A DNA stretch of 39,766 nt, from the IMG/VR virus record IMGVR_UViG_3300045988_126628. One strand, given 5' to 3'. The translations under genes and the position numbers were made by a program. Of the stretch, positions 31,979 to 39,766 are shown piece after piece (position 1 is the first letter of the stretch; each line of letters opens with the position of its first letter). Below the pieces are notes generated by a model. That model did not search any database and was not told the origin of the DNA. It saw nothing but the letters and a program-made list of their open reading frames with translations. The stretch is from a virus.

Positions 31979-32209
31979 TTAAATATGTTCATGCGGTAGA
32001 ATCGGTTCATAATGTTCTTCTGATTCTTTCGCAATCAGTCTATTATACCGTTCCACAAATTCTATCTCTCCTATTTCGCCTTTCATGAATTTATCTGCCA
32101 GACTCATGTGAGTGTCTTGTTTTATTGCATCGATGCGTTCTATGAATTCCTGCCTGCTTATTTCTCCTCTTATTAGCATTGCTGATAAAATTCTGTATTC
32201 GTGGCCCAT
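31979..32209 (-). CDS. Hypothetical early protein
   Basis: The likely start is ATG 32209 (MGHEYRIL...) after GGAG. The ORF-track start at 32317 would overlap the upstream gene by 103 nt. Confidence 0.5.
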   Translation of the reverse strand: MGHEYRILSAMLIRGEISRQEFIERIDAIKQDTHMSLADKFMKGEIGEIEFVERYNRLIAKESEEHYEPILPHEHI

Positions 32210-32214
32210 AGTCT

Positions 32215-32412
32215 CTACTCCATTAATCTGATAACAGGATCCGGCTTTCTTAAATTCCAACATTCCGGAACTTTTCCTGTTACGCAGCAAGTGCCGTTTT
32301 CTCTCCCTAATGGGCACTTCTCACAACAATCAACACCTTCTGCATTACCATTACAACTTTCACATACTTCTTTTATAGTCCTAAGTGCTTCGTAAATTTT
32401 CTGATAATCCAT
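32215..32412 (-). CDS. Small Cys-rich protein
   Basis: 65 aa. CESCNGNAEGVDCCEKCPLGRENGTCC. RBS GGAGGT. Confidence 0.55.
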   Translation of the reverse strand: MDYQKIYEALRTIKEVCESCNGNAEGVDCCEKCPLGRENGTCCVTGKVPECWNLRKPDPVIRLME

Positions 32413-32425
32413 CTTATACCTCCAA

Positions 32426-32575
32426 CTACTTCTTCCTCTTATTCACCTGTTTTGTATGCTCCGCCACTCTCTTACACCCGGCTTTCCGCTTCTGATAAGC
32501 TTTACTCTGCTTGTATGGCTGCTGCATTCCCTCGTAACAATCCTTTTCGATGTATTTTGTACACGGATTTATCAT
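32426..32575 (-). CDS. Small basic protein
   Basis: ATG 32575 overlaps the upstream stop (ATGA). 49 aa, K/R-rich C-terminus. Confidence 0.45.
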   Translation of the reverse strand: MINPCTKYIEKDCYEGMQQPYKQSKAYQKRKAGCKRVAEHTKQVNKRKK

Positions 32576-32838
32576 AATCTCTCGCCTTTCGAATTCTTCA
32601 TAAAATCGCCTAATATCCAATCTCCCCATGCTGGTTTTTCTTTATTATCTTTCGGTCTGTATGGCTCCGGCAGTGGCATCCAGGCGATAACACTATCTCC
32701 ATCATCCCATTGACCATTTTCAAAATAATTGGTACTTGCGAACGGTTCTTTCTGTCCAACTAATTCCCCGTCAAATGTCACTATGTATAATCCATCCCTT
32801 TCTGGTAATTTTTCTGTTACTGGTATCCATTTATTCAT
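32572..32838 (-). CDS. DUF551-like phage protein
   Basis: MNKWIPVTEKLPE...VIAWMPLPEPY matches the DUF551 signature. Confidence 0.65.
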   Translation of the reverse strand: MNKWIPVTEKLPERDGLYIVTFDGELVGQKEPFASTNYFENGQWDDGDSVIAWMPLPEPYRPKDNKEKPAWGDWILGDFMKNSKGERL

Positions 32839-33154
32839 TTCGTTTTCTCCTTTTTACCGCTTCTCGCATATCTTCCCATTCCTGTCTTAAGTCTGCTGGA
32901 AACTCTGTCGGGTTTACTATTTCTCTTCTGGTTTTGAGCTCCGCTTTAATTAATTTTTGTTTCGTTAATTCTGTTCCTGCTTTTTCTAAGATATGCAGTG
33001 CAGTCTCTAAGTCTTCTTCCGTTAGGCAGGGATCGCACAAAAAAGATGTCAGATACGGAGGTTCCGTTTCTAAGTCGTGTAAACTTCTTTCAATGATTTT
33101 TCTGACGTTATCTGTATAATCTTCTAACGAAATATCTATCTTAATCTTTCTCAT
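32831..33154 (-). CDS. Hypothetical early protein
   Basis: 107 aa, overlapping its neighbours in operon style. Confidence 0.5.
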   Translation of the reverse strand: MRKIKIDISLEDYTDNVRKIIERSLHDLETEPPYLTSFLCDPCLTEEDLETALHILEKAGTELTKQKLIKAELKTRREIVNPTEFPADLRQEWEDMREAVKRRKRNE

Positions 33155-33566
33155 TATTTTCTATTTCTCCTTGTTTTACATATCCCGCTTTTGTCCAACA
33201 CGTAATTTTTAACGGGTCGAAGTTTTTTCCGCATTCCGGGCATTCTGGAAACATATTGTTTCTGTACGCTTCTTCCATCTCGCGGAATACTCTGCTCTTG
33301 CGCATCCTTTTTAGCTCTTTATTTGCTTCTTCTGAATAAACTTTTACTTTTTCTTTTAAGCGTTTCGTTTCTTCTCTTAGTTGCTCATGATATCCCGCGA
33401 TTGACAACATTGCCTCAAATGGATCCACGACCGCTCCGCAATCACTGCACATAATAATTCGATTTTCAACACTAAGTTCGTAATGTGGAGGATTGTATCT
33501 GCATATCTTCTTCATCCCTTTATTGATTCTTAATAAGTCAAAGCTAACAGGTTTTCCTTTATCCAT
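33141..33566 (-). CDS. Zinc-ribbon / coiled-coil protein
   Basis: 141 aa. CSDCGAV ... CPECGKN pairs flank a charged helix. Confidence 0.5.
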   Translation of the reverse strand: MDKGKPVSFDLLRINKGMKKICRYNPPHYELSVENRIIMCSDCGAVVDPFEAMLSIAGYHEQLREETKRLKEKVKVYSEEANKELKRMRKSRVFREMEEAYRNNMFPECPECGKNFDPLKITCWTKAGYVKQGEIENNEKD

Positions 33567-33954
33567 CCGTCTCCTCCAAATAGTTCTTCCCGAAGAGTTT
33601 CATAAATTCCTCTCTGGTGTGTGTCTTTTCAAAAGCTCTCTGTCCATCTTGGTGAAGAATCTTCATCATTTCCGCATTGTTATGCACCGCTTCCTTGCCG
33701 CTGATGTGGTGTTCTAGGCAGAGATAGACTTTTAATCCTTCCGCTTCTGATTTGTCTCTATTTGAACCGCCGAAAATGTGATGTTCGTGAACCGCTCGTT
33801 TCCACTCATAGTGTGGTCTCATCTTTATGCACAAGTAGCAAGAGCTACCTTTTTCTTGAAGAATACTCGCTTTATGTTTCTTTCGTCTTTTCAATTTCTT
33901 CTCCCTTCTCCTCCGGACGAATCCGGAGGAATCAATGGCATATAGCTTCTTCAT
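33559..33954 (-). CDS. HNH/NinG-like Cys-His nuclease-fold protein (tentative)
   Basis: 131 aa. CYLC...HEHHIFGGSNR...LCLEHH...VHNN pattern. Confidence 0.4.
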   Translation of the reverse strand: MKKLYAIDSSGFVRRRREKKLKRRKKHKASILQEKGSSCYLCIKMRPHYEWKRAVHEHHIFGGSNRDKSEAEGLKVYLCLEHHISGKEAVHNNAEMMKILHQDGQRAFEKTHTREEFMKLFGKNYLEETDG

Positions 33955-34006
33955 GAAGCCTTTAACAAGTTACGTGTAATATGTAAAACCTTAGAGGTTG
34001 TCCAGC

Positions 34007-35236
34007 TTATTTTCTGTAGTCTCTCTCATACGCTTCTTTTAGCTGCTCTACATAATTCATGAGTTTACAATTTTCGCAAACCTTCTCACAGGAATCTGCC
34101 TGGGTCTTACTACACAGCTCTCCACATACATAACCTAGAAGACCTTCCTGTGCTTTTTCTATTTCTATTCGTTTCCTATCACTCGGAAGAATTTCCATCT
34201 TCTTCTCATCGTCAATCTCTTGAAGTTTTTTCTTTGTCTCTCGGTCTATTTTGTCCTGTTCCTCTGAATACCGCTCCTCCTGTGACTTATACGCTTCGGT
34301 TTTATTTATATACTGGTCACAAGAGGTGCAGGTAGATGTTCTGACGTTGCACTCAATATATCTTTTACAGCTATAGCATAAAGATGTAATCCCTTCTGGA
34401 TGTGGCGTCTCGTATTCTTCTACATCAGGCAATTGAGATGTAAATTCTTCAACTGGTATGTCCGGTTCGTCTTCGGTGTCAGACTCTGACACTTTTTCTG
34501 AACCTTCATTTTTCATCTTTTTAATTTCTTTATAGGACAAATTGCCCGAATCCTTTAATTTCTGTAACGCTTCTTTTTGTTTTTCTTCATCCATTCCAGA
34601 AAGTTCATAAGCTGTTGAGAATTTTATATTATCTTTTTCTATCTCTTCTTTAAGTTCCGGGATAAGATTGTTATTAATCGTTTCCATCTGTGCGATTTTT
34701 GTTCCAGAAACATGCAGCATCGATGCAATAACATCTCTAAGCTTTCCTTCGCTTAAATCACGACCATGAATCTTCATCCCGTTTTCTTTCATGTATTTTA
34801 ATTCTTCTTTGAGCTCACTTTCTTCTTTGAGCAACGTTGCAACGCTCTTATCCCTGCTGCTGTTTGCAATAATCAATTCTATCTTTTCTTCGTGAGAATT
34901 TGCAGGATTTCTAACCTGGCAAGTTACAAGCTCATATTCTGTATGCCCTCGTTCTACCAGTAGTTTTAATGCTCTCCATCGTCTTTCTCCAGAGATTAGT
35001 TTGTATTCTCCCTCTTCCGATGGTGCGTACATAACGGCCAGGTTTTCAATTAATCCTACGGTTAATATCTCTCCTGCTTTTTCTTCTATTCCTTCTTGTG
35101 GATAGAAGTTCCTGGCATTAGAATATATTTTATGAATAGATATATCTTTTGTGCGAAATCTTGCCTTGGGTGTTGTGTCTATTCCTCTCTTGCTGTTTTC
35201 GTTCAAGGCATCTAGCACCGAAAATCCTGTTGCCAC
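34007..35236 (-). CDS. parB: ParB-like N-terminal domain protein with a Cys-rich C-terminal extension
   Basis: 409 aa. LISGERRWRALKLL (ParB box). C-terminal CYSCKRYIEC...CTSC and CGELC...CEKVCENC clusters. Confidence 0.75.
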   Translation of the reverse strand: MATGFSVLDALNENSKRGIDTTPKARFRTKDISIHKIYSNARNFYPQEGIEEKAGEILTVGLIENLAVMYAPSEEGEYKLISGERRWRALKLLVERGHTEYELVTCQVRNPANSHEEKIELIIANSSRDKSVATLLKEESELKEELKYMKENGMKIHGRDLSEGKLRDVIASMLHVSGTKIAQMETINNNLIPELKEEIEKDNIKFSTAYELSGMDEEKQKEALQKLKDSGNLSYKEIKKMKNEGSEKVSESDTEDEPDIPVEEFTSQLPDVEEYETPHPEGITSLCYSCKRYIECNVRTSTCTSCDQYINKTEAYKSQEERYSEEQDKIDRETKKKLQEIDDEKKMEILPSDRKRIEIEKAQEGLLGYVCGELCSKTQADSCEKVCENCKLMNYVEQLKEAYERDYRK

Positions 35237-35238
35237 GC

Positions 35239-35511
35239 TTATCTCCCTCCTTCTAAAGTTTTATCCAGAGTCTTATATTTTGTCTTTCTTAAATCTACTG
35301 CTGCAGATGCTAATGTTATTCCCGAACAGAATCCATTTTCATCTTCTACGATAATCATGTGTGGGTAAATCTCTTTTACAACTACTCTTTTGGGGTCTAT
35401 CCTTTCTCCACGTATTCTTAATTCATCCATGTAGTAAACTGCCCCTGCCTTAATGTCTAACTCTTTATTCCGTTTTTCCATCGGGGAGACTTTCTTTTCT
35501 TCCTGAATCAT
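35239..35511 (-). CDS. Hypothetical protein between parA and parB
   Basis: 90 aa ORF with tight spacing. Confidence 0.5.
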   Translation of the reverse strand: MIQEEKKVSPMEKRNKELDIKAGAVYYMDELRIRGERIDPKRVVVKEIYPHMIIVEDENGFCSGITLASAAVDLRKTKYKTLDKTLEGGR

Positions 35512-35515
35512 TTTT

Positions 35516-36286
35516 TCACTCCCCTAGCAGTTCTTCCACAATCGCTCTGTAATCTTTTACCGCTACACTATTTTTTGAAAATGCCGGAAGTGGTTTCATT
35601 GCCATAGATGCTTTTTCCACTACAATTGAACGGCGAACTGGAGTTTTAAACATCTTAAATCCAGACTGTTCTTTCATCCACTGTTCAAACTCCAATGTTG
35701 TTTTATTCTTCTGGCGCATCGTAATAATGCCTTTAATATGCAATTTCTCATTTAATTCACACAGATCATCAAGCTGCTCTTGTAAATTATAGATCGCTTC
35801 GTTCTCAAACCCTCCAAGTTTCACAGGGGCAATCACCATTTCTGCTGCAATCAATACATTGATAACCACCATGTCAAGCAAACGTCCACAATCACATATA
35901 CAATAGTCATATTGTTTGTCTACTTCCTTTAACGTCTCTCTTAAGCGTTCAATCTGTGTTTTTTCTCTCTCCAGACGTAATCTCATATCTGTCTGCATTA
36001 AATATCCGTTTGCTGTTATAATGTCGATATTCTGATAATCTGTCTGTTCGATAAAATAACTTGTATCGAACCCGCCTCCGACATATCTGTGTCTTTCTAA
36101 AAGACCAGAAAGTCCTTCTCCTTCTGGATCATATCTCTGATATACCTTGGAAGTGTCCCCTTGAGGGTCCGCATCAATTAAAAGGACCTTTTTTCCCTTC
36201 TCTTCTCCTAAGATATACGCAATTGTATCCGCGCTTGTTGTTTTTGCAATCCCACCTTTTGGGGACATAATAGCTATTGTTCTCAT
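35516..36286 (-). CDS. parA: ParA/Soj-family partition ATPase
   Basis: 256 aa. Deviant Walker A: SPKGGIAKTT. RBS AAGGAGGG. Confidence 0.85.
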   Translation of the reverse strand: MRTIAIMSPKGGIAKTTSADTIAYILGEEKGKKVLLIDADPQGDTSKVYQRYDPEGEGLSGLLERHRYVGGGFDTSYFIEQTDYQNIDIITANGYLMQTDMRLRLEREKTQIERLRETLKEVDKQYDYCICDCGRLLDMVVINVLIAAEMVIAPVKLGGFENEAIYNLQEQLDDLCELNEKLHIKGIITMRQKNKTTLEFEQWMKEQSGFKMFKTPVRRSIVVEKASMAMKPLPAFSKNSVAVKDYRAIVEELLGE

Positions 36287-36301
36287 AATATTTCCCTCCT
36301 T

Positions 36302-36790
36302 TTATGCTCTTTTCTTATTTCTTTGTTTTTCAAGTTTTTTGGCCGCTCTCTTTTCATTACGGTTATAGTGACGCTTCTGGCGATACGCCTGCGTGTCTGC
36401 AACATCTGCCTCGTTCTTACGGATTTCGAAAGTAACTCCCGTTTCTTCTTTTAACGTATTTATCATCTCTAACCAAGTAACGTATTTTTCCATCAGACAT
36501 TCTGCCTTGAAATCAAATCTCTTACGAAAGCGTTCTATTCTGGATGCACCAAAGCCAAATTCATCATGCAATGTCATGGCTGTTAAGATATTTACTGTAT
36601 CAATCGTATTTTCTTTAATTCTTCTAATGCTCTCTTCTAATGCCGATGGACTTATTCCTACAGGAATTCCTGTAAGTTTGCGTATTTCAATTTCTTTTTT
36701 TAAACCGTCGATTCCTCTTGTCTGTGCGATTCTATACGCCTGTGCCATACCTTCTTGTCTAAGTCTTTCCTCTTTACTAATCCTTGCCAT
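36302..36790 (-). CDS. Hypothetical protein downstream of rep (possible replication accessory)
   Basis: ATG 36790 (MARISKEE...) follows an AAGGAGG that overlaps the rep stop. The ORF-track start at 36892 is unlikely. Confidence 0.5.
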   Translation of the reverse strand: MARISKEERLRQEGMAQAYRIAQTRGIDGLKKEIEIRKLTGIPVGISPSALEESIRRIKENTIDTVNILTAMTLHDEFGFGASRIERFRKRFDFKAECLMEKYVTWLEMINTLKEETGVTFEIRKNEADVADTQAYRQKRHYNRNEKRAAKKLEKQRNKKRA

Positions 36791-36806
36791 GTTTCTATAA
36801 TCCTCC

Positions 36807-37739
36807 TTAATCCTTTTGTTTTCGCAATCTCGTATATATGTAAAAGCGTGTATTGAAATCGTTATAATAGACCTTTGCTGTTGTAAAATCATAGTCTGGA
36901 TACCACGCTTTCATCTGTTCTTTAATCGCATTCTCGTTTCGGACCATCTTGTTGACATAGTGTTCTATCTTTCTATAATTTCCACTCTTTGCTCCCGGTC
37001 GTTTATTCTTTACTACTTTTACTTCTGGCTGCTTTAATCCCTGTGATGAATTCCATCGTTTTTCTGAGCGAATCCGTTCTTTTTCTTTTACGATGTAGTT
37101 CGCCATTCCAGAGAATCCGTTCTCGTCTTTTTCCAGTCTTCTGATCTGGCTGCGCTTTCCACAGTTCCAGGTTTTTTCTACCGTGTCTCTATCTAGTAGT
37201 CCATCCATAACAATGTGGTGATGCCATCTGATTTTTGCTGTAGGATTATATTCGGTGACATAGATGTATTTACAATTAGGCAGGTTAAGCTTCTTTCTTT
37301 TGTAATTTAACCTTCTGATAAACTTCTTTACATTCTTTAAGGCTGCATCTATATCTCCATCGGCAGGAAGGTGTTCATCGTCATATGTAAAAGTACACCA
37401 GAGGTCATTGTCGTCAAAATTGGCATTGATAAGACGTTCTACTCTTTTCCTTGCATTCTTATCGTTCAATCTTCCCTGTGCCTGGCGATTATCCTTCTTT
37501 ATCCTTCCTTCTTTTGGAATATCTTCTTTCTTGTCAAAAAGAGGATAGATTTCTACTTCTAACTGTTCTCCTGCTTTAATTGTCTTTAGAGCGTAGTTTG
37601 TTCTTATGTGTTTGAATAGCTGTTGTGCCATCCACTCTTCCATATCCTCTAATGATTTATTGTAAGCAGACTCATAGTCATACTCTAAAAGACCTATGTT
37701 CTTTTTTCTCTTATCCTTCTTCATCTGACACCTACTCAT
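36807..37739 (-). CDS. rep: HUH-superfamily rolling-circle replication initiator
   Basis: 310 aa. Motif I WCTFTYD, motif II (HUH) RWHHHIVMDG, motif III MANYIVKE (YxxK). Confidence 0.7.
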   Translation of the reverse strand: MSRCQMKKDKRKKNIGLLEYDYESAYNKSLEDMEEWMAQQLFKHIRTNYALKTIKAGEQLEVEIYPLFDKKEDIPKEGRIKKDNRQAQGRLNDKNARKRVERLINANFDDNDLWCTFTYDDEHLPADGDIDAALKNVKKFIRRLNYKRKKLNLPNCKYIYVTEYNPTAKIRWHHHIVMDGLLDRDTVEKTWNCGKRSQIRRLEKDENGFSGMANYIVKEKERIRSEKRWNSSQGLKQPEVKVVKNKRPGAKSGNYRKIEHYVNKMVRNENAIKEQMKAWYPDYDFTTAKVYYNDFNTRFYIYTRLRKQKD

Positions 37740-37844
37740 TTTTACCTACTGTTATATATTTCGACTACTTGTTATTATTTATTACGAGGACGATAAAACT
37801 TCTAAAAGCCTTTATTTCCAGCCTTTTTTTCGCAATTTTACAGC

Positions 37845-37873
37845 TTGCTTTTTCGTGTCAGATTTGATATTAT
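37845..37873 (+). promoter_or_regulatory. Orphan + strand promoter TTGCTT, 17 nt, TGaTATTAT
   Basis: -35 at 37845-37850 and -10 at 37868-37873. The same AT-rich patch reads TATAAT on the minus strand (37874-37869) toward rep. Confidence 0.45.
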
Positions 37874-37879
37874 AAAATT

Positions 37880-37939
37880 GTTTTTAATATCTTTAGACAC
37901 TGGAGGATATCCGTTGCAACCGGATACCCTCCTTTTTTT
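37880..37939 (+). ncRNA. Candidate ~60-nt + strand small RNA (counter-transcript) ending in an intrinsic terminator. The hairpin could instead be an origin.
   Basis: 12-bp stem GGAGGATATCCG/CGGATACCCTCC (37902-37913 and 37921-37932, one mismatch) plus T7 (37933-39). No + strand ORF. In the minus orientation there is no T-tract. Confidence 0.4.
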
Positions 37940-37947
37940 GTTATGTA

Positions 37948-38100
37948 TTACGCTATGATATATTCCAAACCAGTTTCCCTTGCTTTTTTCGATGCATAGT
38001 GTACTGCCTCAACATAGCTTCCATAAAAGCACTCTATTTCCATGTTTGTCCACCTGATGATTTTTACTTTATTTTTAGTTTCCTTTTCTGCCTTCTTCAT
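37948..38100 (-). CDS. Small unannotated ORF (50 aa)
   Basis: MKKAEKETKNKVKIIRWTNMEIECFYGSYVEAVHYASKKARETGLEYIIA. Modest RBS (AGGA). Fills a gap in the operon. Confidence 0.4.
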   Translation of the reverse strand: MKKAEKETKNKVKIIRWTNMEIECFYGSYVEAVHYASKKARETGLEYIIA

Positions 38101-38283
38101 ACCATTTGATTCCTAACCCATTCCATTTAACCTTTGGAACCAGGACGCTTGATCTGCTTGTCTCTAATACTTGCTTTCCTGTTTCATCTGTACGAGTAAC
38201 AAAATCAGCTCTGCTTTTTAAAATCTCCTTTATCACTTATCTCGCTCCCTTTTGTGTCATTTATTTAAGGTTTATCTTTACAA

Positions 38284-38634
38284 CTACATTCTTTGGAGGA
38301 ATTTAAAATGTTCTACCAGTGCCTTAACCGTTTCTTCCGGTTCTCCGATGCCTTCTAATTTCCCGTAAGTATCTGCTGGTTGCGCCAGGATAATATCTCC
38401 TTCGACAGGGGTTAAATCATAGAAAGCCGTGCCTAACGGGTTAAATTCTAATTCCTTTTCGCATCCTTCTTTATTTATTAACATTACAACCGGACGCTTA
38501 AAAAAGTGGAACATCCATTTTGTACTCACGGCTTCTGGATATCCTCCGACAGCCTGCTGCATTGCCTCATAGTCGCCAAGGTCAACATCGATGATGGAGA
38601 CCTTTCCGTCAGCTGTTATCTTGATTGTTTTCAT
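38284..38634 (-). CDS. DUF3846-like protein
   Basis: 116 aa. MKTIKITADGKVSIIDV...EAMQQAVGGYPE is the family pattern. Confidence 0.6.
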   Translation of the reverse strand: MKTIKITADGKVSIIDVDLGDYEAMQQAVGGYPEAVSTKWMFHFFKRPVVMLINKEGCEKELEFNPLGTAFYDLTPVEGDIILAQPADTYGKLEGIGEPEETVKALVEHFKFLQRM

Positions 38635-38766
38635 CTATGTGCTCCATTCTTTCTCATATCTAATACAATCAGTTCCTCCAGTGCCGCCTTACGTCTCTGA
38701 TACAGCAAGGACGCAGGCTGCAGCTCAAGAGCCGATTCATTTTGGCTGTATTTATAAAGTAGAAAA

Positions 38767-39279
38767 TTAATTATCATCTTCCTCACCTGCCAACTGCTCT
38801 AAGTACTTAATGCATTCGTTATAAACTTCGCGCGATGTCTCTGCGACTCTTCCCTTCTCGTATAAATAAAAATCAAACGATTTATCTATATACCGTTTTT
38901 CCTTAGAATCTTTGCGCCAAATCCATACGGCAACATTTCCGTTACCATAATAGTCAAAAGACACTTCTTTGCCGGTATTCCTAACTGCTATAACTTTACG
39001 CAAAAGGTATTCTGCATCCTCTAAGTCCAGTGGAATAGGTTCCTCTTCTTCATTCGTTGCGCCAAGTAATTCTCGCATTTCGTTTGTGAAATCTTTTTCC
39101 GACTGCAGTTTTGGGCATTCCTTTGCGTCTAATGTTGCTTCAAACCTCTTTTTTATCTCCTCTTTCAGGTCAGGAAACCCGTTGGCGACTTTCCACCCAA
39201 TGACCATAAGTTCATTGATATGGTCCATGTCATTTCCTTCCAATTCCAAAATATCTTTTTCCAAATTAATCTTTAACAT
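38767..39279 (-). CDS. Hypothetical acidic early protein
   Basis: 170 aa. E/D-rich, ends EEDDN. Confidence 0.5.
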   Translation of the reverse strand: MLKINLEKDILELEGNDMDHINELMVIGWKVANGFPDLKEEIKKRFEATLDAKECPKLQSEKDFTNEMRELLGATNEEEEPIPLDLEDAEYLLRKVIAVRNTGKEVSFDYYGNGNVAVWIWRKDSKEKRYIDKSFDFYLYEKGRVAETSREVYNECIKYLEQLAGEEDDN

Positions 39280-39378
39280 AATTTCTCCTTTTCTTTTCCT
39301 CTTGGATTTGATACAATATATCTGATGTTTTTATCTGTGTGCCCGACTGGGAGTGACCGCTCCCTCAGGCACATTTTT

Positions 39379-39690
39379 TTATTTAAGCATCCTTACTCTT
39401 TTTCCGTATCCGCAGGCTTCTGCTACCTGCATCGGGTCATAATCTGGAACATGTTTCCTCATTACTGGGTCTTCCAAATCCTTATGGTACTTATCGTAAT
39501 CTATGTAGGCATAAAGATTCGTCCCACAACTAATGAGGGCGTATTTCCCATAGCGTTTCTGTTCTTTCTCAATCCCAACTTTTCTACGATGAACAGTTCC
39601 CAGAGAGACCCCGAAGGTCTCTGCTAACTGCTTATTTGTGTAGTATGGATGCCCGTGTATGGTTTCAATGATTTTTGTTGTGTCTTCCAT
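39379..39690 (-). CDS. HTH DNA-binding early protein (possible excisionase or regulator)
   Basis: ATG 39690 lies 8 nt after AAGGAGGT. YTNKQLAETFGVSLGTVHRRK is the HTH. It follows the cro-like gene across the circular junction. Confidence 0.6.
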   Translation of the reverse strand: MEDTTKIIETIHGHPYYTNKQLAETFGVSLGTVHRRKVGIEKEQKRYGKYALISCGTNLYAYIDYDKYHKDLEDPVMRKHVPDYDPMQVAEACGYGKRVRMLK

Positions 39691-39766
39691 GGTGTTCACC
39701 TCCTTGTTTTAACTGTTCTACTTTTTTATGTGGTATCTTTTAAAGTTACTCATGTGCAAAAAAAAT
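39668..39766. repeat. Terminal direct repeat, copy 2 (identical to 1-99)
   Basis: Direct comparison of the window ends. Confidence 0.9.

Larger units (their letters stand above)
1..39766. mobile_element. Complete temperate siphovirus-type phage genome, circularly closed, with an integrase plus a plasmid-like Rep/ParA/ParB module
   Basis: Contiguous lysogeny, replication/partition, lysis, packaging, HK97-type head and long-tail modules. The window ends overlap by 99 identical bp. Confidence 0.85.

Noticed and set aside
39337-39381. Compound hairpin followed by T7 on the + strand, just downstream of the 39379-39690 gene
   Set aside because: It is oriented as a terminator only for + strand transcription. 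No convincing + strand promoter lies upstream, and in the minus orientation there is no T-tract. The evidence is insufficient for a feature.
1-39766. Checked for CRISPR arrays, tRNA/rRNA genes, stop-codon reassignment and transposase/IS elements
   Set aside because: I saw no regularly spaced direct repeats and no tRNA-like cloverleaf segments in the intergenic regions. Long uninterrupted ORFs under the standard code argue against recoding. No transposase-like ORFs or IS-type terminal repeats were found.

Overview
The window is one complete temperate tailed-phage genome. Bases 1-99 are identical to 39668-39766, so it closes into a 39,667-bp circle or is terminally redundant. It is AT-rich with AGGAGG-type ribosome binding sites, which suggests a low-GC Firmicutes (Clostridia-like) host. 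All family calls come from motif recognition by eye; no searches were run.

Layout:
- 79-5078: lysogeny module. A divergent Cro-like/XRE-repressor switch with TTAAGTTACT operators is followed on the + strand by repressor, Abi_2 (AbiD/F, HEPN) paralog A, an ImmA/IrrE-like metallopeptidase, Abi_2 paralog B with a Cys/His tail, and a tyrosine integrase.
- 5079-5470: repeat-rich candidate attP.
- 5471-6496: a + strand lipoprotein gene with its own expression signals.
- 23855 down to 6545 (- strand): packaging, HK97-type head and long siphovirus tail. It includes a 1892-aa tape measure and an unannotated -1 frameshift in the tail chaperone.
- 29695 down to 23828 (- strand): lysis cassette, a TerS-like protein, an HNH/P-loop fusion and a four-gene fibre-like cassette, all placed upstream of the P27-like TerS.
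- 30039-30632: a + strand operon with an operator-controlled strong promoter, two tiny hydrophobic ORFs and a 58-aa XRE protein.
- 39690 down to 30607 (- strand): early region with many small Cys-rich proteins, an HUH rolling-circle Rep, ParA, ParB and a late-activator-like protein.

The most interesting signal is that the ImmR/ImmA-type lysogeny operon is interleaved with two HEPN Abi_2 genes. A near-consensus promoter then fires into a structured ~70-nt leader and a strong intrinsic terminator that abuts the start codon of the second Abi_2 gene. This resembles type III toxin-antitoxin or AbiF-ncRNA architecture.

Other signals worth checking:
- a perfect 19-bp inverted repeat bracketing int, with each copy carrying an outward TGgTATAAT promoter;
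- a G8 homopolymer separating two ORFs that fuse at G7;
- an orphan + strand promoter-hairpin-T7 unit upstream of rep;
- the membrane-peptide/XRE operon at 30039-30632.

I saw no rRNA, tRNA or CRISPR array.
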